Assembly (NCBI GenBank): GCA_039630575.1
Contig: JBCNUW010000004.1
Location: 56,149-120,148 of the forward strand
Direction of reading: 5' to 3'
From: Candidatus Hydrothermales bacterium
GTDB taxonomy: Bacteria; Hydrothermota; Hydrothermia; Hydrothermales; JAJRUZ01
DNA: 64,000 bases
Both the position numbers and the translations under genes were made by a program. Shown here piece after piece: positions 40,639-50,636 of this stretch. Each line of letters opens with the position of its first letter. Position 1 is the stretch's first letter. The notes under the pieces were generated by a model. That model saw nothing but the letters and a program-made list of their open reading frames with translations. It was not told where the DNA came from and did not search any database.

Positions 40639-43472
40639 TCTGAAATAACTATTTTCTCTGTTACTTTTCTTTTATCCGTATCTATTTTTATAAAGTAAAT
40701 ACCCTTTGGTAATTCATTAGGAATTCTTATATACATGTCACCTGATAGTTTTCCATTCTTTAAAATTCCTATCTTTCTTCCACTTAATCCATAAAGAGAC
40801 ACAAACCCCGTTTCTTCACCTTTGATAGATAAAAATATCTCATTTTTCCCTATTGTTTTCTTTAGAACAAGTTTATTTTTGTTTTCCCTTTCATTTACAC
40901 TGAGTTCTGAGAAAGGTGAAGGTTGGACTGTAGTGAATTTAATTGCATAATTAGAGTCTGGTGAATGGAACCCAGGTCTTGGAGCATCAGCATACCAAGC
41001 TGTTATACCAGTATGCTCATAGGGTGATTCTATTCCTATAACACATCCAACATTCCATGGAACATAATATTCCTCCTGTAAACGAGGTTTTCTTTTATAT
41101 TGAAATACGATTTCACCGTCTCCAGTTGGAGTCGGATAATAGGCAGGATCATAAAGAATAACCTGGAACCTTTCATAGGCATTTGATGGACCACCTGCAT
41201 AGGTAGAATGTCTGACATCATAGTAAGTCACAACAAATCTATGGTTTGCAGCATCGTAGAAAGAATAGGTATAACCGTAATTTCCATTTACAGTTTGATC
41301 ATAATCAGCCCATAAAGGTGAAATCATCGGATAGGCATCCCTATAAGGAAGAGGCATATTCTCTATCGGTGAAAAGGAACTTAAAGCTGCAACTATTAAA
41401 TGCCCATTGTTTCCGATGACTATGTAAGAAATAGGCATATTATAGTATTTGAAAGTAAAGGGAAGGTTTACTACTGCTGCTGAATCATCTGTTAAGTTGT
41501 GGGAAGTGGCATTAGCAGGTGTAGGTATCCAGCTAAAGGTAGGTCTATAAGGATCTGTATCCTTTGATTCATAAGCATAGTACCCATAAAGATCTGGACC
41601 ATAGACTTCTGTTGGAGAGTATGGATTTAAAATGCAAACAGAGAATCTTTTTGCATAATAATTGTTGGAATTACCGTAAAATTCAACAAAGAAAATTGCT
41701 CTTGCTTCTCTTGGTACATCGTTTGAAACATTGAATATAAATGGACCAACAAGAGCTGTAGAACCACCAGATATATTACCTACATTAGTATTTGCATTTA
41801 CTATTGTTAAATATCTTGAAGGAGAGGTAAGATGAGCCGTAACACCAGTTATTGTACCTGTTCCTGTGTTCTTAACCCTTAAATAGTAGTTCACAGTTTC
41901 ACCTGGTTTTATAATTCCGTCATTTCCATCATAAATTGAGTCTTTAAGAATAACAAGGTTAAATTGAGGAAGAGGAAGACTGTTAATTGCAAGAGGTAAG
42001 TTCAGTCTACCGGCTCCGTATACATTATCCTTTCCAGCTGGTCCCATGTCAGTTGCTGTTGTTTCAATTATTGAGTCCGCCATTCTTGGGGTCATTTCTG
42101 GATTTTTTGAAAAAAGTAAAGATAAAACACCTGAAATATGAGGTGTGGCCATGCTTGTTCCACTCATAAGTCTATAACCGTCGTTTGTTTCTCCCGCTAA
42201 ACTCTGAACAAGGTCTCCAGGAGCAAGAATATCAGGATCAATAAGTCCAGTTGGAAGAGGAAAATCATTCCATGGTGGCACGTTACCCCAGTATGAAGGT
42301 CCAACTGAAGAAAATCCAGCAGTATCTCCATCTAAGGTCAGTGCCCCAACTGTAATCACAGCTGAAAGTGACCCAACATTACCAGTTGCTATCTGTGTGG
42401 GATGCAACCAAGGTGGAGGACTTGATCCAGGATTTGGGATATTCTCGGTAGGGCTATCATTTGCATTGTTTCCTGCAGCACAAGACATAACAGCTCCCGC
42501 TAATCTTACCATCTTTGATGCATATCTCCATCTTGATCTATCGAGAGTCCATTCGTTCATCCATCCGATAGAAAAGCTCATTACATCACAACCCATTTCT
42601 AATCCATATTCCATTGCAAGCCATACCCATCCCTCAGCAGCCCATCCAGCTGAATTTAAAACCTTAAGTGGTAAAATAGTTGCCTCTGGTGCAACTCCTG
42701 TAAGCATTCCACTTGTTCCATCTCCTGCAACTGTTCCTGCTACGTGGGATCCATGAAAAACAGGATTTCCCCACATATCCCTATAATCATCCATGGGATC
42801 ATTATCCCAGTTTGCAAAATCCCAACCTATATAATCATCCACATATCCGTTTCCGTCATCATCTACACCTGGCAATCCAGCATACTCAACCTCGTTTTTA
42901 AAGATCCTATCTTTTATGTCATTATGATTGTAATTTACTCCTGTATCAAAGATTCCAACTACTACTCCGTTTCCCTTGTAACCTAAACTCCAAGCATGTT
43001 TTGCATTTATATATTTAACTCCCCATGCAGTATCAGGAGCAGCAGGAATAGAGTTTATCCTAATCTTTTTACCAGGCTTTGTATCCTTTAGTATTGCTTT
43101 AACAGGTTCATCAATTTCAATACCCTCTAAATCACTCCTTGTAAGAAGCTCTCTTATAGTTTTTAAATCAAGTTTTACATAAATTGCATTGACTATCCAT
43201 ATAGGTCTTATGTCTTTGATATTTTTTCCTCTCAAGAAATTCAAAATTTCTTTTTGAGAAACTGCTGCATTCTCCTTTAGTTTTTGAATTACTATCTTTC
43301 TTTTCAGTTCCTTTGATTTAGATTCAGTAAGTTTTTCAAGTTCTTTTTCATCTAAAGTATTTTTAACATATATAAGCACAGGATATACCCCTTCTTTTCC
43401 CTCAGATAGGACCTTCTTCAGCTTAGGTCCTACCTCAACAGATATTATAAAACTCAAAATTAGACCTAACAT
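40635..43472 (-). CDS. Secreted S8 serine protease with prodomain, extra beta-domains and T9SS-type CTD
   Basis: DTG, HGSHVAG, GTSMATPH; C-terminal YGLSGRKI...LPKGIYFIK. Confidence 0.9.
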   Translation of the reverse strand: MLGLILSFIISVEVGPKLKKVLSEGKEGVYPVLIYVKNTLDEKELEKLTESKSKELKRKIVIQKLKENAAVSQKEILNFLRGKNIKDIRPIWIVNAIYVKLDLKTIRELLTRSDLEGIEIDEPVKAILKDTKPGKKIRINSIPAAPDTAWGVKYINAKHAWSLGYKGNGVVVGIFDTGVNYNHNDIKDRIFKNEVEYAGLPGVDDDGNGYVDDYIGWDFANWDNDPMDDYRDMWGNPVFHGSHVAGTVAGDGTSGMLTGVAPEATILPLKVLNSAGWAAEGWVWLAMEYGLEMGCDVMSFSIGWMNEWTLDRSRWRYASKMVRLAGAVMSCAAGNNANDSPTENIPNPGSSPPPWLHPTQIATGNVGSLSAVITVGALTLDGDTAGFSSVGPSYWGNVPPWNDFPLPTGLIDPDILAPGDLVQSLAGETNDGYRLMSGTSMATPHISGVLSLLFSKNPEMTPRMADSIIETTATDMGPAGKDNVYGAGRLNLPLAINSLPLPQFNLVILKDSIYDGNDGIIKPGETVNYYLRVKNTGTGTITGVTAHLTSPSRYLTIVNANTNVGNISGGSTALVGPFIFNVSNDVPREARAIFFVEFYGNSNNYYAKRFSVCILNPYSPTEVYGPDLYGYYAYESKDTDPYRPTFSWIPTPANATSHNLTDDSAAVVNLPFTFKYYNMPISYIVIGNNGHLIVAALSSFSPIENMPLPYRDAYPMISPLWADYDQTVNGNYGYTYSFYDAANHRFVVTYYDVRHSTYAGGPSNAYERFQVILYDPAYYPTPTGDGEIVFQYKRKPRLQEEYYVPWNVGCVIGIESPYEHTGITAWYADAPRPGFHSPDSNYAIKFTTVQPSPFSELSVNERENKNKLVLKKTIGKNEIFLSIKGEETGFVSLYGLSGRKIGILKNGKLSGDMYIRIPNELPKGIYFIKIDTDKRKVTEKIVISE

Positions 43473-43484
43473 TTTTACCTCCTT

Positions 43485-45137
43485 TTATTTTAAAATTATA
43501 ACTTTTTCTCTTAAAGGTTTATTCTCTATTTTACCCTTTATAAGGTAAATCCCTGAGGGAAGTTTGTGTATGTATTCTTGTCCTTCTTTAAAATCCTCTT
43601 TTTTAATAATCTTAATTCTCCTCCCTTCTTTACTGTAAATGCCTAAGGAGATGTCTTTGTAGTTTTTACCAATAAACTTAATTTTTAGATCCTTTGAAAG
43701 TGAGTTAATTTTATGATCTTTTAATTTTTCAAAATTATCTTCCAAAATATCTGTTCCGTAACCTATCCTCACATAATCAATGACGATGTTTGAAACACCA
43801 TCATCTGAGATTCCCTGCCACTTTATGTAAACAGTTTGATTGGAGTAAGCTGAAAGGGCTAAGGCAAATGTTCTTTCAAAATTTCCGAACATCTTATCGA
43901 TTAAACTCCAAGTTATCCTATCTGTTGAAGCAAAAATTTTTAGAGTATCGTTATTGTTTGTTGTTCCCTTGTTCCATGCCCAGAAAAACAGTCTAGGTGT
44001 TCCATAAACAGGATTAAGTTTTACACCTGGGCTTATCAACTCTCCCTTAAGTCCACTGTATGTGTTAAATGATGGGAAGCTTGCATACCTTGTACCATGA
44101 AAGGCATTTGAGGGCTCAACGATATTGTCACCATAATAAGGTCCCCATCTCCAAGAAACCTGGCCAGATTGTGACCATAAAAAGGGAGGAAAGGCATTTT
44201 CAAAACTTTCAGATAAAGATTCAGGAGGTGCAAAAGCATAAAATTGTGAAGTTAAAGAGTTGTCTTGTGGATATTGATCTTGTGTAAACACCAAAGTAGC
44301 TCTTGTTTTATACCAACCTATATAAGTTGGATTAAAACCTTTATCAAAATTTAAAGTGTCACTTCCTCCAGATGCAAGAAAATTATTAAGAAGAGTATCA
44401 GAGTAAATGCGAGTTGTAAACAGTGAGTCGTATATATCAAATATGGCATTATAGGTTGCACTTTGTAGACCAGTATTCCGAACCCAAACTTTTGGGTAAT
44501 GGGTCATATCCCTATCAACAGTTCCTGTTGGATATAATATTTCTTCTACTTTCACATTGTATTGAAGTAAAAGACGACCCATAACAGTAACGTTATCTAC
44601 TCCTACTGCCCAGTTCCATCTAGCAACAGATTCAACATACTGGAACATAATTTTTACAGAATCTTTTGGTAAGTATGAGGAAAGATCTATAGTATCAACA
44701 CCATTTGCATCACCTGGTAAATTTGCAACTTGAATCCAAGATCCCCAGGATCCACCAGAGAAGAATCGAACCTTTACATAATAGAATTCTTGCCCAGGAC
44801 TATACATATTAAATCCCCAAGAAAATATGAGTATTAGCCTGTCCATCTGGTATACGAAAAGTGAAGGAGTAATAAGTTGTTCATCCGTTATAGGAGCACC
44901 AGATCCTGCATCATCGTCTGTATAATATGCATATCTTGTACCATAATTTGGCGGAGGGTAACTACCTAAATCTGTTGAAGTTCCAACAGTCCACGTAAAA
45001 CCATCTCCATTTCCGTTATAAACACTCCAACCCGATGGTATTACCCCTGCCTCAAAATTTTCATTAAGCAGGGTAACCCATTGGGCTTTTAAGGGAATCG
45101 ACATCATAAAGAGAAAAGATAAGATTTTAAACCTCAT
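43485..45137 (-). CDS. Secreted adhesin-like protein (cleaved-adhesin/MAM-like and Ig-like domains) with T9SS-type CTD; start moved to the ATG at 45137
   Basis: Signal peptide MRFKILSFL...LKA; ENFE..IPSGW repeats; LITP; IDYV; C-terminal YSKEGRR...LPSGIYLI. Confidence 0.8.
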   Translation of the reverse strand: MRFKILSFLFMMSIPLKAQWVTLLNENFEAGVIPSGWSVYNGNGDGFTWTVGTSTDLGSYPPPNYGTRYAYYTDDDAGSGAPITDEQLITPSLFVYQMDRLILIFSWGFNMYSPGQEFYYVKVRFFSGGSWGSWIQVANLPGDANGVDTIDLSSYLPKDSVKIMFQYVESVARWNWAVGVDNVTVMGRLLLQYNVKVEEILYPTGTVDRDMTHYPKVWVRNTGLQSATYNAIFDIYDSLFTTRIYSDTLLNNFLASGGSDTLNFDKGFNPTYIGWYKTRATLVFTQDQYPQDNSLTSQFYAFAPPESLSESFENAFPPFLWSQSGQVSWRWGPYYGDNIVEPSNAFHGTRYASFPSFNTYSGLKGELISPGVKLNPVYGTPRLFFWAWNKGTTNNNDTLKIFASTDRITWSLIDKMFGNFERTFALALSAYSNQTVYIKWQGISDDGVSNIVIDYVRIGYGTDILEDNFEKLKDHKINSLSKDLKIKFIGKNYKDISLGIYSKEGRRIKIIKKEDFKEGQEYIHKLPSGIYLIKGKIENKPLREKVIILK

Positions 45138-45155
45138 AATTTTAAATATAAATAT

Positions 45156-45166
45156 GGAATTGAACC
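45156..45166 (-). promoter_or_regulatory. T-loop-like leader motif GGTTCAATTCC, 18 nt upstream of the adhesin gene
   Basis: Follows TATAAT (45178-45183); no SD. Confidence 0.6.
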
Positions 45167-45190
45167 TTAAACTGGAAATTATAATAAAAA

Positions 45191-47128
45191 ATGAAAAAAA
45201 TATCAAGTATAAATTATAGTTTTTATTTCTTTACTTTTTTAATAATAATTTTTTTGAGAAACTTTTTGGAGAGTTTTCTTGAGGAGCCACATTTTTTATT
45301 TTTCTCAGAAGATTTCTATACTTCTTCTATTATAAACATTCACTTTTTTTTCTTTTATTTTAGCCTTTTGCTTATTTTTCTTTACCTTATTCTTTTTATA
45401 ACTAAAATAAAAAAGGAGGAAGTTTTAAAAGTTCTTATTAATTCTTTTGCCGTTGTACTGATTGCCCCAATTTTTGATTTTTTTGTCTCTGGTTTTAAAG
45501 GATATGATCTTTCCTATCCACTTGATCCTTCTGTTTCTTTAAAAGATTATCTTTTAAGTGCAATTAATCCTTTTAAAAAATTTCCCGGCTCTTCTCCAGG
45601 AATGAGGGTTGAAGTTATTTTAGCTTTTTTTATTTTAATTTATTATGTTAAAAAGTTTACAGGGAAAATTTTAAAGGGGCTTCTTTTATATATTTTAATT
45701 TTTCTCTCAATTTTAACTCTTGGATTTTTACCCCTTTTTATAATAAAAATTTATCCAGATTTTTTCAAAGGTGGTATTTTACCAATTGATTCACAAAAGT
45801 ACGGAACAATTTTTGGCTTTATCTCTTTCCTTTTTCTTTTGCCCTTTTTGATCAAAGAACTTAATTTTATAAAAACCTTAAAAGAGGATTTTTCTCTTTT
45901 TTCTATTTTTTTACCATTAATTGGACTTCTAACAGGTTATAAATTTTTTCTAAGGGATTTTGGAACCGTTCATCCCTTTGATTATTTACTCTTTCTTTTT
46001 TTGTTTCTCTTTTCTTTTCTATTTTATCTGTCAAAAAAGATTATAGCTTTTGAGAGAAAGGATTTAAACTTTATGATCGTAATTTTAGCCTTTTACTCAG
46101 CACTTTTCTCCTTTTCACACTTATTTTTATTTTTACTTCTATATCTTTTTTATTTTTTTACTAAAATTTATAAAAAAGAATTTATAAGTTTTTTATTTTT
46201 TATATTCGAAAAAATACTTCTTTTTTTGTTTGGTTATCTTTTCTTCTCAAAAGAAAGCATTTTTTTTCTTATAGATAAAAGGGTTTTTATTTTTCTTTTT
46301 CTCTTTTTTATATTTTATTTTATTTTTAAGTTCAAATTTTTTAAAAAAAATTTTGTTTTTGAAATTTTTTCTTTTGCTATATTTGTTCTTCTTTTGTATT
46401 TCTTTTTAAATTTTTTCTTTAAACTCAAAGTTGAAGATATAGTTTCTTATAGAATAAATTATCTACTTCACCTTGGAAAGATTGAGATGGCAGATACTTT
46501 ATTTAAAAGTTTTGATGTCAATAAAAAAGACTTAGAGCCTCTATTTTTCTATTATACAAAAAGGTTTAGTGACTTTGAAGTTATGTTTGAAAGACTTTTT
46601 TTAAAAAAGGAAATGACAAAATGGGCAGAAGTAGTTTCTGATTGGGAAAGTTATTTTGATTTAGTTGAAAATAAAAAGTTTCTTTTTCCAGGTTTATATT
46701 TTCTCTTTAAATTTTTAAAACAAAGGGATATAAGATTTATTTTTTTGGCTTATAGGTACGGATTTGATTCCTATCCTGTTTATAACTATTTGATTGATTA
46801 TTTTGTTGAAAAAAGTGACTTTAAAAGCGCCTTTTATATCATTGAAAAAGCAATAACTCAAAACTATTCACCATTTTTTGAAATGAAGAAATATTATCTT
46901 TATTTTAAACTTGGTAATTTAAAAGAGGCAGAGAAAGGTCTTTTAAGTCTAAAACAAAGGGGATTTGTAAATGAAATTTTATACAACAATTTAGGAGTTA
47001 TTTACATGAATTTGGGTAAATTTAATGAGGCTTTACTTTGTTTTGAGAAGGCAATTGAGATTAACCCTTTTTATAAAAGCGCCCATGAAAATCTAAAAAT
47101 TCTTAAAAAGATGATTTTAAATAGATAG
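45191..47128 (+). CDS. Polytopic membrane protein with C-terminal TPR repeats
   Basis: About 12 hydrophobic segments; YNNLGVIY...A..CFEKAIEINP. Confidence 0.75.
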   Translation: MKKISSINYSFYFFTFLIIIFLRNFLESFLEEPHFLFFSEDFYTSSIINIHFFFFYFSLLLIFLYLILFITKIKKEEVLKVLINSFAVVLIAPIFDFFVSGFKGYDLSYPLDPSVSLKDYLLSAINPFKKFPGSSPGMRVEVILAFFILIYYVKKFTGKILKGLLLYILIFLSILTLGFLPLFIIKIYPDFFKGGILPIDSQKYGTIFGFISFLFLLPFLIKELNFIKTLKEDFSLFSIFLPLIGLLTGYKFFLRDFGTVHPFDYLLFLFLFLFSFLFYLSKKIIAFERKDLNFMIVILAFYSALFSFSHLFLFLLLYLFYFFTKIYKKEFISFLFFIFEKILLFLFGYLFFSKESIFFLIDKRVFIFLFLFFIFYFIFKFKFFKKNFVFEIFSFAIFVLLLYFFLNFFFKLKVEDIVSYRINYLLHLGKIEMADTLFKSFDVNKKDLEPLFFYYTKRFSDFEVMFERLFLKKEMTKWAEVVSDWESYFDLVENKKFLFPGLYFLFKFLKQRDIRFIFLAYRYGFDSYPVYNYLIDYFVEKSDFKSAFYIIEKAITQNYSPFFEMKKYYLYFKLGNLKEAEKGLLSLKQRGFVNEILYNNLGVIYMNLGKFNEALLCFEKAIEINPFYKSAHENLKILKKMILNR

Positions 47129-47151
47129 AGAAAATATAATTAATTTTAATT

Positions 47152-48450
47152 ATGGCTAAGGTAGCTATTATAGGTAGTGGTGCAAGAGAACATGCTATTT
47201 CATACTCCTTGGTAAGAAAAAAACACGAAACTTTCGTTATCCCAGGAAACAGTGGTATGAAAGAAGGTATGAAAGTCCTTTTAGACTTTAAAATTGATTT
47301 TGGGAAGATAAAAAATTTTCTAAAAGAAGAAAAAATAGATTATGTTATTGTAGGTCCTGAAGAACCCCTTGTAAATGGAATTAAGGATTCCCTTAAGGAT
47401 GTTGCCTTTGTTTATGGTCCCTCAAAAAAAGAATCAATTCTTGAAGGAAGTAAAGCCTATGCAAAGGAATTCATGTCAGAGTATGGCATTAAAACAGCAA
47501 GTTTTGAAATTTTTGATGAACCTAAGAAGGCACGGGAATATGTGGATAAGAAAGGAGTACCTATAGTAGTAAAGGCAAGTGGTCTTGCCTTAGGTAAAGG
47601 AAGTTTTGTTTGCTGGACAAAAATGGAAGCCTATGAAGCAATAAAAAAAATAATGGAAGATAAGATTTTCGGAGAATCTGGTAATGTTTGTGTGATTGAA
47701 GAATTCCTTAAAGGAGTCGAAATTTCCCTTATTGTATCAGTTGCAGGTGATGAATATCTTTCTTTTATAACTTCTCAAGATCATAAACAGGTTTTTGACG
47801 ATGACAAAGGACCAAATACTGGTGGAATGGGTGCCTATGGACCTTGTCCATTTGTAAGTCATTCTTTATTGAAAGATATAGATGAAAAAATCGTTAGAAG
47901 AACAATAAAAGGTATGGTAAAAAGAGGGTTTGAATACCAGGGTTTTTTGTACTTTGGACTTATGCTAAAAGATGATGGTCCCTATGTTCTTGAATATAAT
48001 GTGAGGATGGGAGATCCTGAAGGTCAAGTTCTTTTATATTTGCTTGAAACAGATCTCCTTGAAATAGTTGAACATACCAAAAATTTTAATCTTTTAAAAA
48101 TCTCAAAACTTAAATTTAAAGAAGGATATGCCTGCTATGTTGTTATTGCATCGAAAGGCTATCCAGATAGATATGAAAAGGGTAAATTGATAAGAGGGTA
48201 TGAGAAAATAAAATCTGAAGATATGAAAGTTTTCTTTGCCGGAGTTAAAGAAGTAGATGGGAACCTATATACAGATGGGGGTAGGGTTATGGGTGTTTTA
48301 GGATATGGTAAGACTTTAGAAGAAGCAATTTCAAAAGCCTACGAGGGGGTTAAGTTTATAGAATTTGAAGGTATGCATTATAGGAGGGATATTGGTAAAA
48401 AGGGTTTAATTCTAAAAAGGGGTTCTATTCCCGATCTCAGCAATAAATAA
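47152..48450 (+). CDS. purD: Phosphoribosylamine-glycine ligase
   Basis: GSGAREHA, GPEEPL, QDHK, GPNTGGMG, EYNVRMGDPE, GGRV. Confidence 0.97.
   Translation: MAKVAIIGSGAREHAISYSLVRKKHETFVIPGNSGMKEGMKVLLDFKIDFGKIKNFLKEEKIDYVIVGPEEPLVNGIKDSLKDVAFVYGPSKKESILEGSKAYAKEFMSEYGIKTASFEIFDEPKKAREYVDKKGVPIVVKASGLALGKGSFVCWTKMEAYEAIKKIMEDKIFGESGNVCVIEEFLKGVEISLIVSVAGDEYLSFITSQDHKQVFDDDKGPNTGGMGAYGPCPFVSHSLLKDIDEKIVRRTIKGMVKRGFEYQGFLYFGLMLKDDGPYVLEYNVRMGDPEGQVLLYLLETDLLEIVEHTKNFNLLKISKLKFKEGYACYVVIASKGYPDRYEKGKLIRGYEKIKSEDMKVFFAGVKEVDGNLYTDGGRVMGVLGYGKTLEEAISKAYEGVKFIEFEGMHYRRDIGKKGLILKRGSIPDLSNK
48421..48431 (+). promoter_or_regulatory. T-loop-like motif GGTTCTATTCC, 28 nt upstream of the ferritin gene and inside the purD 3' end
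   Basis: GGG-TTCTATT-CCC; encodes GSIP near the PurD C-terminus. Confidence 0.5.
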
Positions 48451-48459
48451 TAAAAAATC

Positions 48460-48969
48460 ATGGAAAAAAAGATTTTAAAGGCTTTAAACGATCAGATGAA
48501 CAGAGAATTTTTTTCTGCTTATCTTTATCTTTCAATGGCCACATGGTTTGAGAGAGAAAATTTAAGAGGTTTTGCAAGATGGATGAAAGTTCAGGCTTGG
48601 GAAGAAATTGGTCATGCTATGAGATTTTACAAATTTATTACAGATAGGGGCGAAAAACCAGAACTTGATAAAATAGAAAAACCTAAATCTGATTGGGGCT
48701 CACCAAAAGAAGCTTTTGAAGATGCTTACAATCATGAAAAGTTTATAACAAGAAATATCCATGAAATCTATAAGCTGGCTGAAGAGCTTAATGACTATCC
48801 TACAAAAACTTTCCTTAACTGGTTTATAGATGAACAGGTTGAAGAAGAGAATCAGACTCTTACAGTATTAGATATTCTCAACAAGATCAAGGATTCCGTT
48901 ACTTCTCTTTATTTTATTGATCATAAACTGTCAGAAAGGGAATTTGAAAAATTTGAGATAGAAATTTGA
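48460..48969 (+). CDS. ftnA: Non-heme ferritin
   Basis: LNDQMNRE..SAYLYLSM, EEIGHA, HE..IT, WFIDEQVEEE. Confidence 0.95.
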   Translation: MEKKILKALNDQMNREFFSAYLYLSMATWFERENLRGFARWMKVQAWEEIGHAMRFYKFITDRGEKPELDKIEKPKSDWGSPKEAFEDAYNHEKFITRNIHEIYKLAEELNDYPTKTFLNWFIDEQVEEENQTLTVLDILNKIKDSVTSLYFIDHKLSEREFEKFEIEI

Positions 48970-50636
48970 TGAGGAGGAAAAGATGGTTTATAAGATCTGA
49001 TAAAATTCCTAAAAGAGAAGATCTCCTTGATTTTTTACTTGAGATAAGAGAAGTAGATGATAAGCTCGCTTTTTTGAATCCTCAGCTGTCTTATATTTAC
49101 TCCTTTTATAAATTAAGGGGAGTAAAGGAAGGTGTTGAAAGACTGATAAGGGCAATTAATAGGAAAGAAAAGGTAGGACTTTATATAGATTATGACGTAG
49201 ATGGAATTACAGGGGGTGCTATTTTGTATAGAAATTTAAAAAAGTTTGGAGTAGATGTAGAGGTAAAAATTCCAAATAGGTTACATGAGGGATATGGAGT
49301 TCAAGTAAGTGGACTTAAAGAGTTGATGGAAAAAGGCGTGACTTTAGTCATAACAGTTGATTCAGGAATAAGGTCCTTTGAGGCAGCTGAATGGGCTTTT
49401 AAAAATAATCTTGATTTGATAATAACCGACCATCACTTTCCATCAAAGGAGTTACCTAAAGCTCTTGCCATAATAAATCCACACTTTGATTATCCATTTA
49501 GGTTTCTTTCTGGTGTTGGTGTTGTTTTCAAATTTTTGATGGCTTTGTATGAGAAAATTGGGAGGGATCTGAAGGAACTAGTTTGGGATCTTGATCTTGT
49601 TGCTCTTGGTACTGTTGCTGATATTGTTCCGCTTGTTTCTGAAAATAGGGTTTTAAGTTATCTTGGAATGAAAGTTCTTGAGAAATCAAAGAAAATGGGT
49701 ATAAGGGTTTTAAAAAAAATTTCAGGTAGAGAGGAAAATCTTAGAACTTGGGATATCCTCTTTATAATTGCACCGAGATTAAATGCTGCTGGTAGAATAC
49801 AAGATGCAAGTTTATCTTTTAATCTTTTGGTTTCTAAAAAGACCGAAGAGGCTTTAGAATTGGTGAAAAAACTTGAGAGAATGAATAGGATGAGAATAGT
49901 GGAACAGGAGAGAGTATTAAGTGATGCCTTTGAAATGATTGAGAAGGAGGGAAAGGAAAAGAATTTATTTATAACGGTCAAAGGTAAGGATTTTCATCCA
50001 GGCGTAATAGGAATTGTTGCTTCTAAAATAGTTGATAGGTTTCATAGGCCATCTATAGTTTTCACAGAGGAAGGAGATATTTTAAGGGGTTCAGCAAGGT
50101 CAATTAAGAATATAAATCTTATGGAAATATTTGATAAATTAAACGATCATATACTTGAGTATGGTGGTCACAGATTTGCTGCTGGAATAAAGATTTTAAA
50201 GAGGGACTTTGAAGTTTTTGAGGAAAAGATCAATTTGTTTGCAAGTGTTAATTTTAAAGAGGAGGATTTTGAACCTGAAATAACTGTTGATTGTAAATTT
50301 CCAATTGAGGAGTGGGACAATTTCCTTTATTCACAGGTGATCGAAAAAATGGAACCTTTTGGAGAGGGAAATCCAAAACCTATATTTCTTGATGAGGATT
50401 TAACTTGTGTGGGAAACATAAAATTAAGGAAAAATGAACATCTTGATTTTTATATAAGTAAAAAGGGTAAATTTTTTAGAGCCTTTGTTCCTGATAGATT
50501 TGATCTTTATGATAAGATAGTATCTGGAAAAACAAAGATTTTAGCTGTTTACACTCCTGAATTTGACTACTATTCAAAAAAGAAAGCTCTATCTTTTAGA
50601 ATTTTAGATCTTGATATTATTAATGAAAGACCTTAA
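48966..50636 (+). CDS. recJ: Single-stranded-DNA exonuclease RecJ
   Basis: DYDVDG, EGYG, TDHH, LGTVAD, PRLNAAGR, GSARS, GGH, PFGEGNP. Confidence 0.95.
   Translation: MMRRKRWFIRSDKIPKREDLLDFLLEIREVDDKLAFLNPQLSYIYSFYKLRGVKEGVERLIRAINRKEKVGLYIDYDVDGITGGAILYRNLKKFGVDVEVKIPNRLHEGYGVQVSGLKELMEKGVTLVITVDSGIRSFEAAEWAFKNNLDLIITDHHFPSKELPKALAIINPHFDYPFRFLSGVGVVFKFLMALYEKIGRDLKELVWDLDLVALGTVADIVPLVSENRVLSYLGMKVLEKSKKMGIRVLKKISGREENLRTWDILFIIAPRLNAAGRIQDASLSFNLLVSKKTEEALELVKKLERMNRMRIVEQERVLSDAFEMIEKEGKEKNLFITVKGKDFHPGVIGIVASKIVDRFHRPSIVFTEEGDILRGSARSIKNINLMEIFDKLNDHILEYGGHRFAAGIKILKRDFEVFEEKINLFASVNFKEEDFEPEITVDCKFPIEEWDNFLYSQVIEKMEPFGEGNPKPIFLDEDLTCVGNIKLRKNEHLDFYISKKGKFFRAFVPDRFDLYDKIVSGKTKILAVYTPEFDYYSKKKALSFRILDLDIINERP

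Noticed and set aside
45191..46440. Extremely T-rich, low-complexity tract (similar A-rich tracts at about 29350-30490 and 51450-52900)
   Set aside because: Explained by Phe/Leu/Ile codons of polytopic membrane proteins; not a repeat element.
22847..50275. Near-miss T-loop motifs inside CDS: GGTTCAATTTC (recA, about 22847), GGTTCAATTCA (about 32710), GGTTCGATTCT (about 44762), GGTTCAAAATCC (antisense in recJ, about 50264)
   Set aside because: They lack the closing CC or have the wrong loop length, are not positioned before a start codon, and can be explained by the protein sequence.
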